This document shows, in pieces, positions 35,255-35,284 of a stretch of 35,284 nt of DNA. Positions within the stretch are counted from its first letter, which is position 1, and the number at the start of each line of letters is the position of its first letter. The stretch is from a virus. Lineage: Duplodnaviria; Caudoviricetes. Under the pieces are notes generated by a model, which saw only the letters and a list, made by a program, of their open reading frames with translations, was not told the DNA's origin and did no database searches. A program made the position numbers and the translations under genes. The stretch spans positions 1 through 35,284 of the IMG/VR virus record IMGVR_UViG_3300046779_000810. One strand, 5' to 3'.

Positions 35255-35284
35255 TTATAATAGAAATGTGCTATTATTATAAGT

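Noticed and set aside
35266-35284. Possible divergent plus-strand extended -10 promoter (TGCTATTAT)
   Set aside because: It lies at the window edge in AT-rich DNA, with no clear -35 and no downstream gene visible.

Overview
The whole window is one minus-strand virion morphogenesis operon of a large T4-superfamily or jumbo-type myovirus. It is low GC, densely coding, and uses the standard genetic code (TAA, TAG and TGA all act as stops). Reading right to left, it encodes a gp48/gp54-like tail-tube initiator, a gp53-like LysM wedge protein, a gp27-like hub, a gp5/VgrG-like spike, gp25, gp6, and a giant 4603-aa wedge/scaffold protein in the gp7 position. These are followed by a 219-aa baseplate protein, four paralogous fibre/spike genes that share an N-terminal GxNYxGYG...ENFxxLLENF domain but end in different tips, and a tail-fibre assembly chaperone. 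Two further paralogous genes close the window. The last of these (1862 to beyond the left edge, missing from the ORF track) ends in a T2-gp38-like polyglycine adhesin domain. A TAAATA late-promoter-like motif lies in five gene junctions. No sheath, tube, tape measure, tRNA, CRISPR array, mobile element or reverse transcriptase is visible. All assignments come from motif recognition and synteny; no database search was run.
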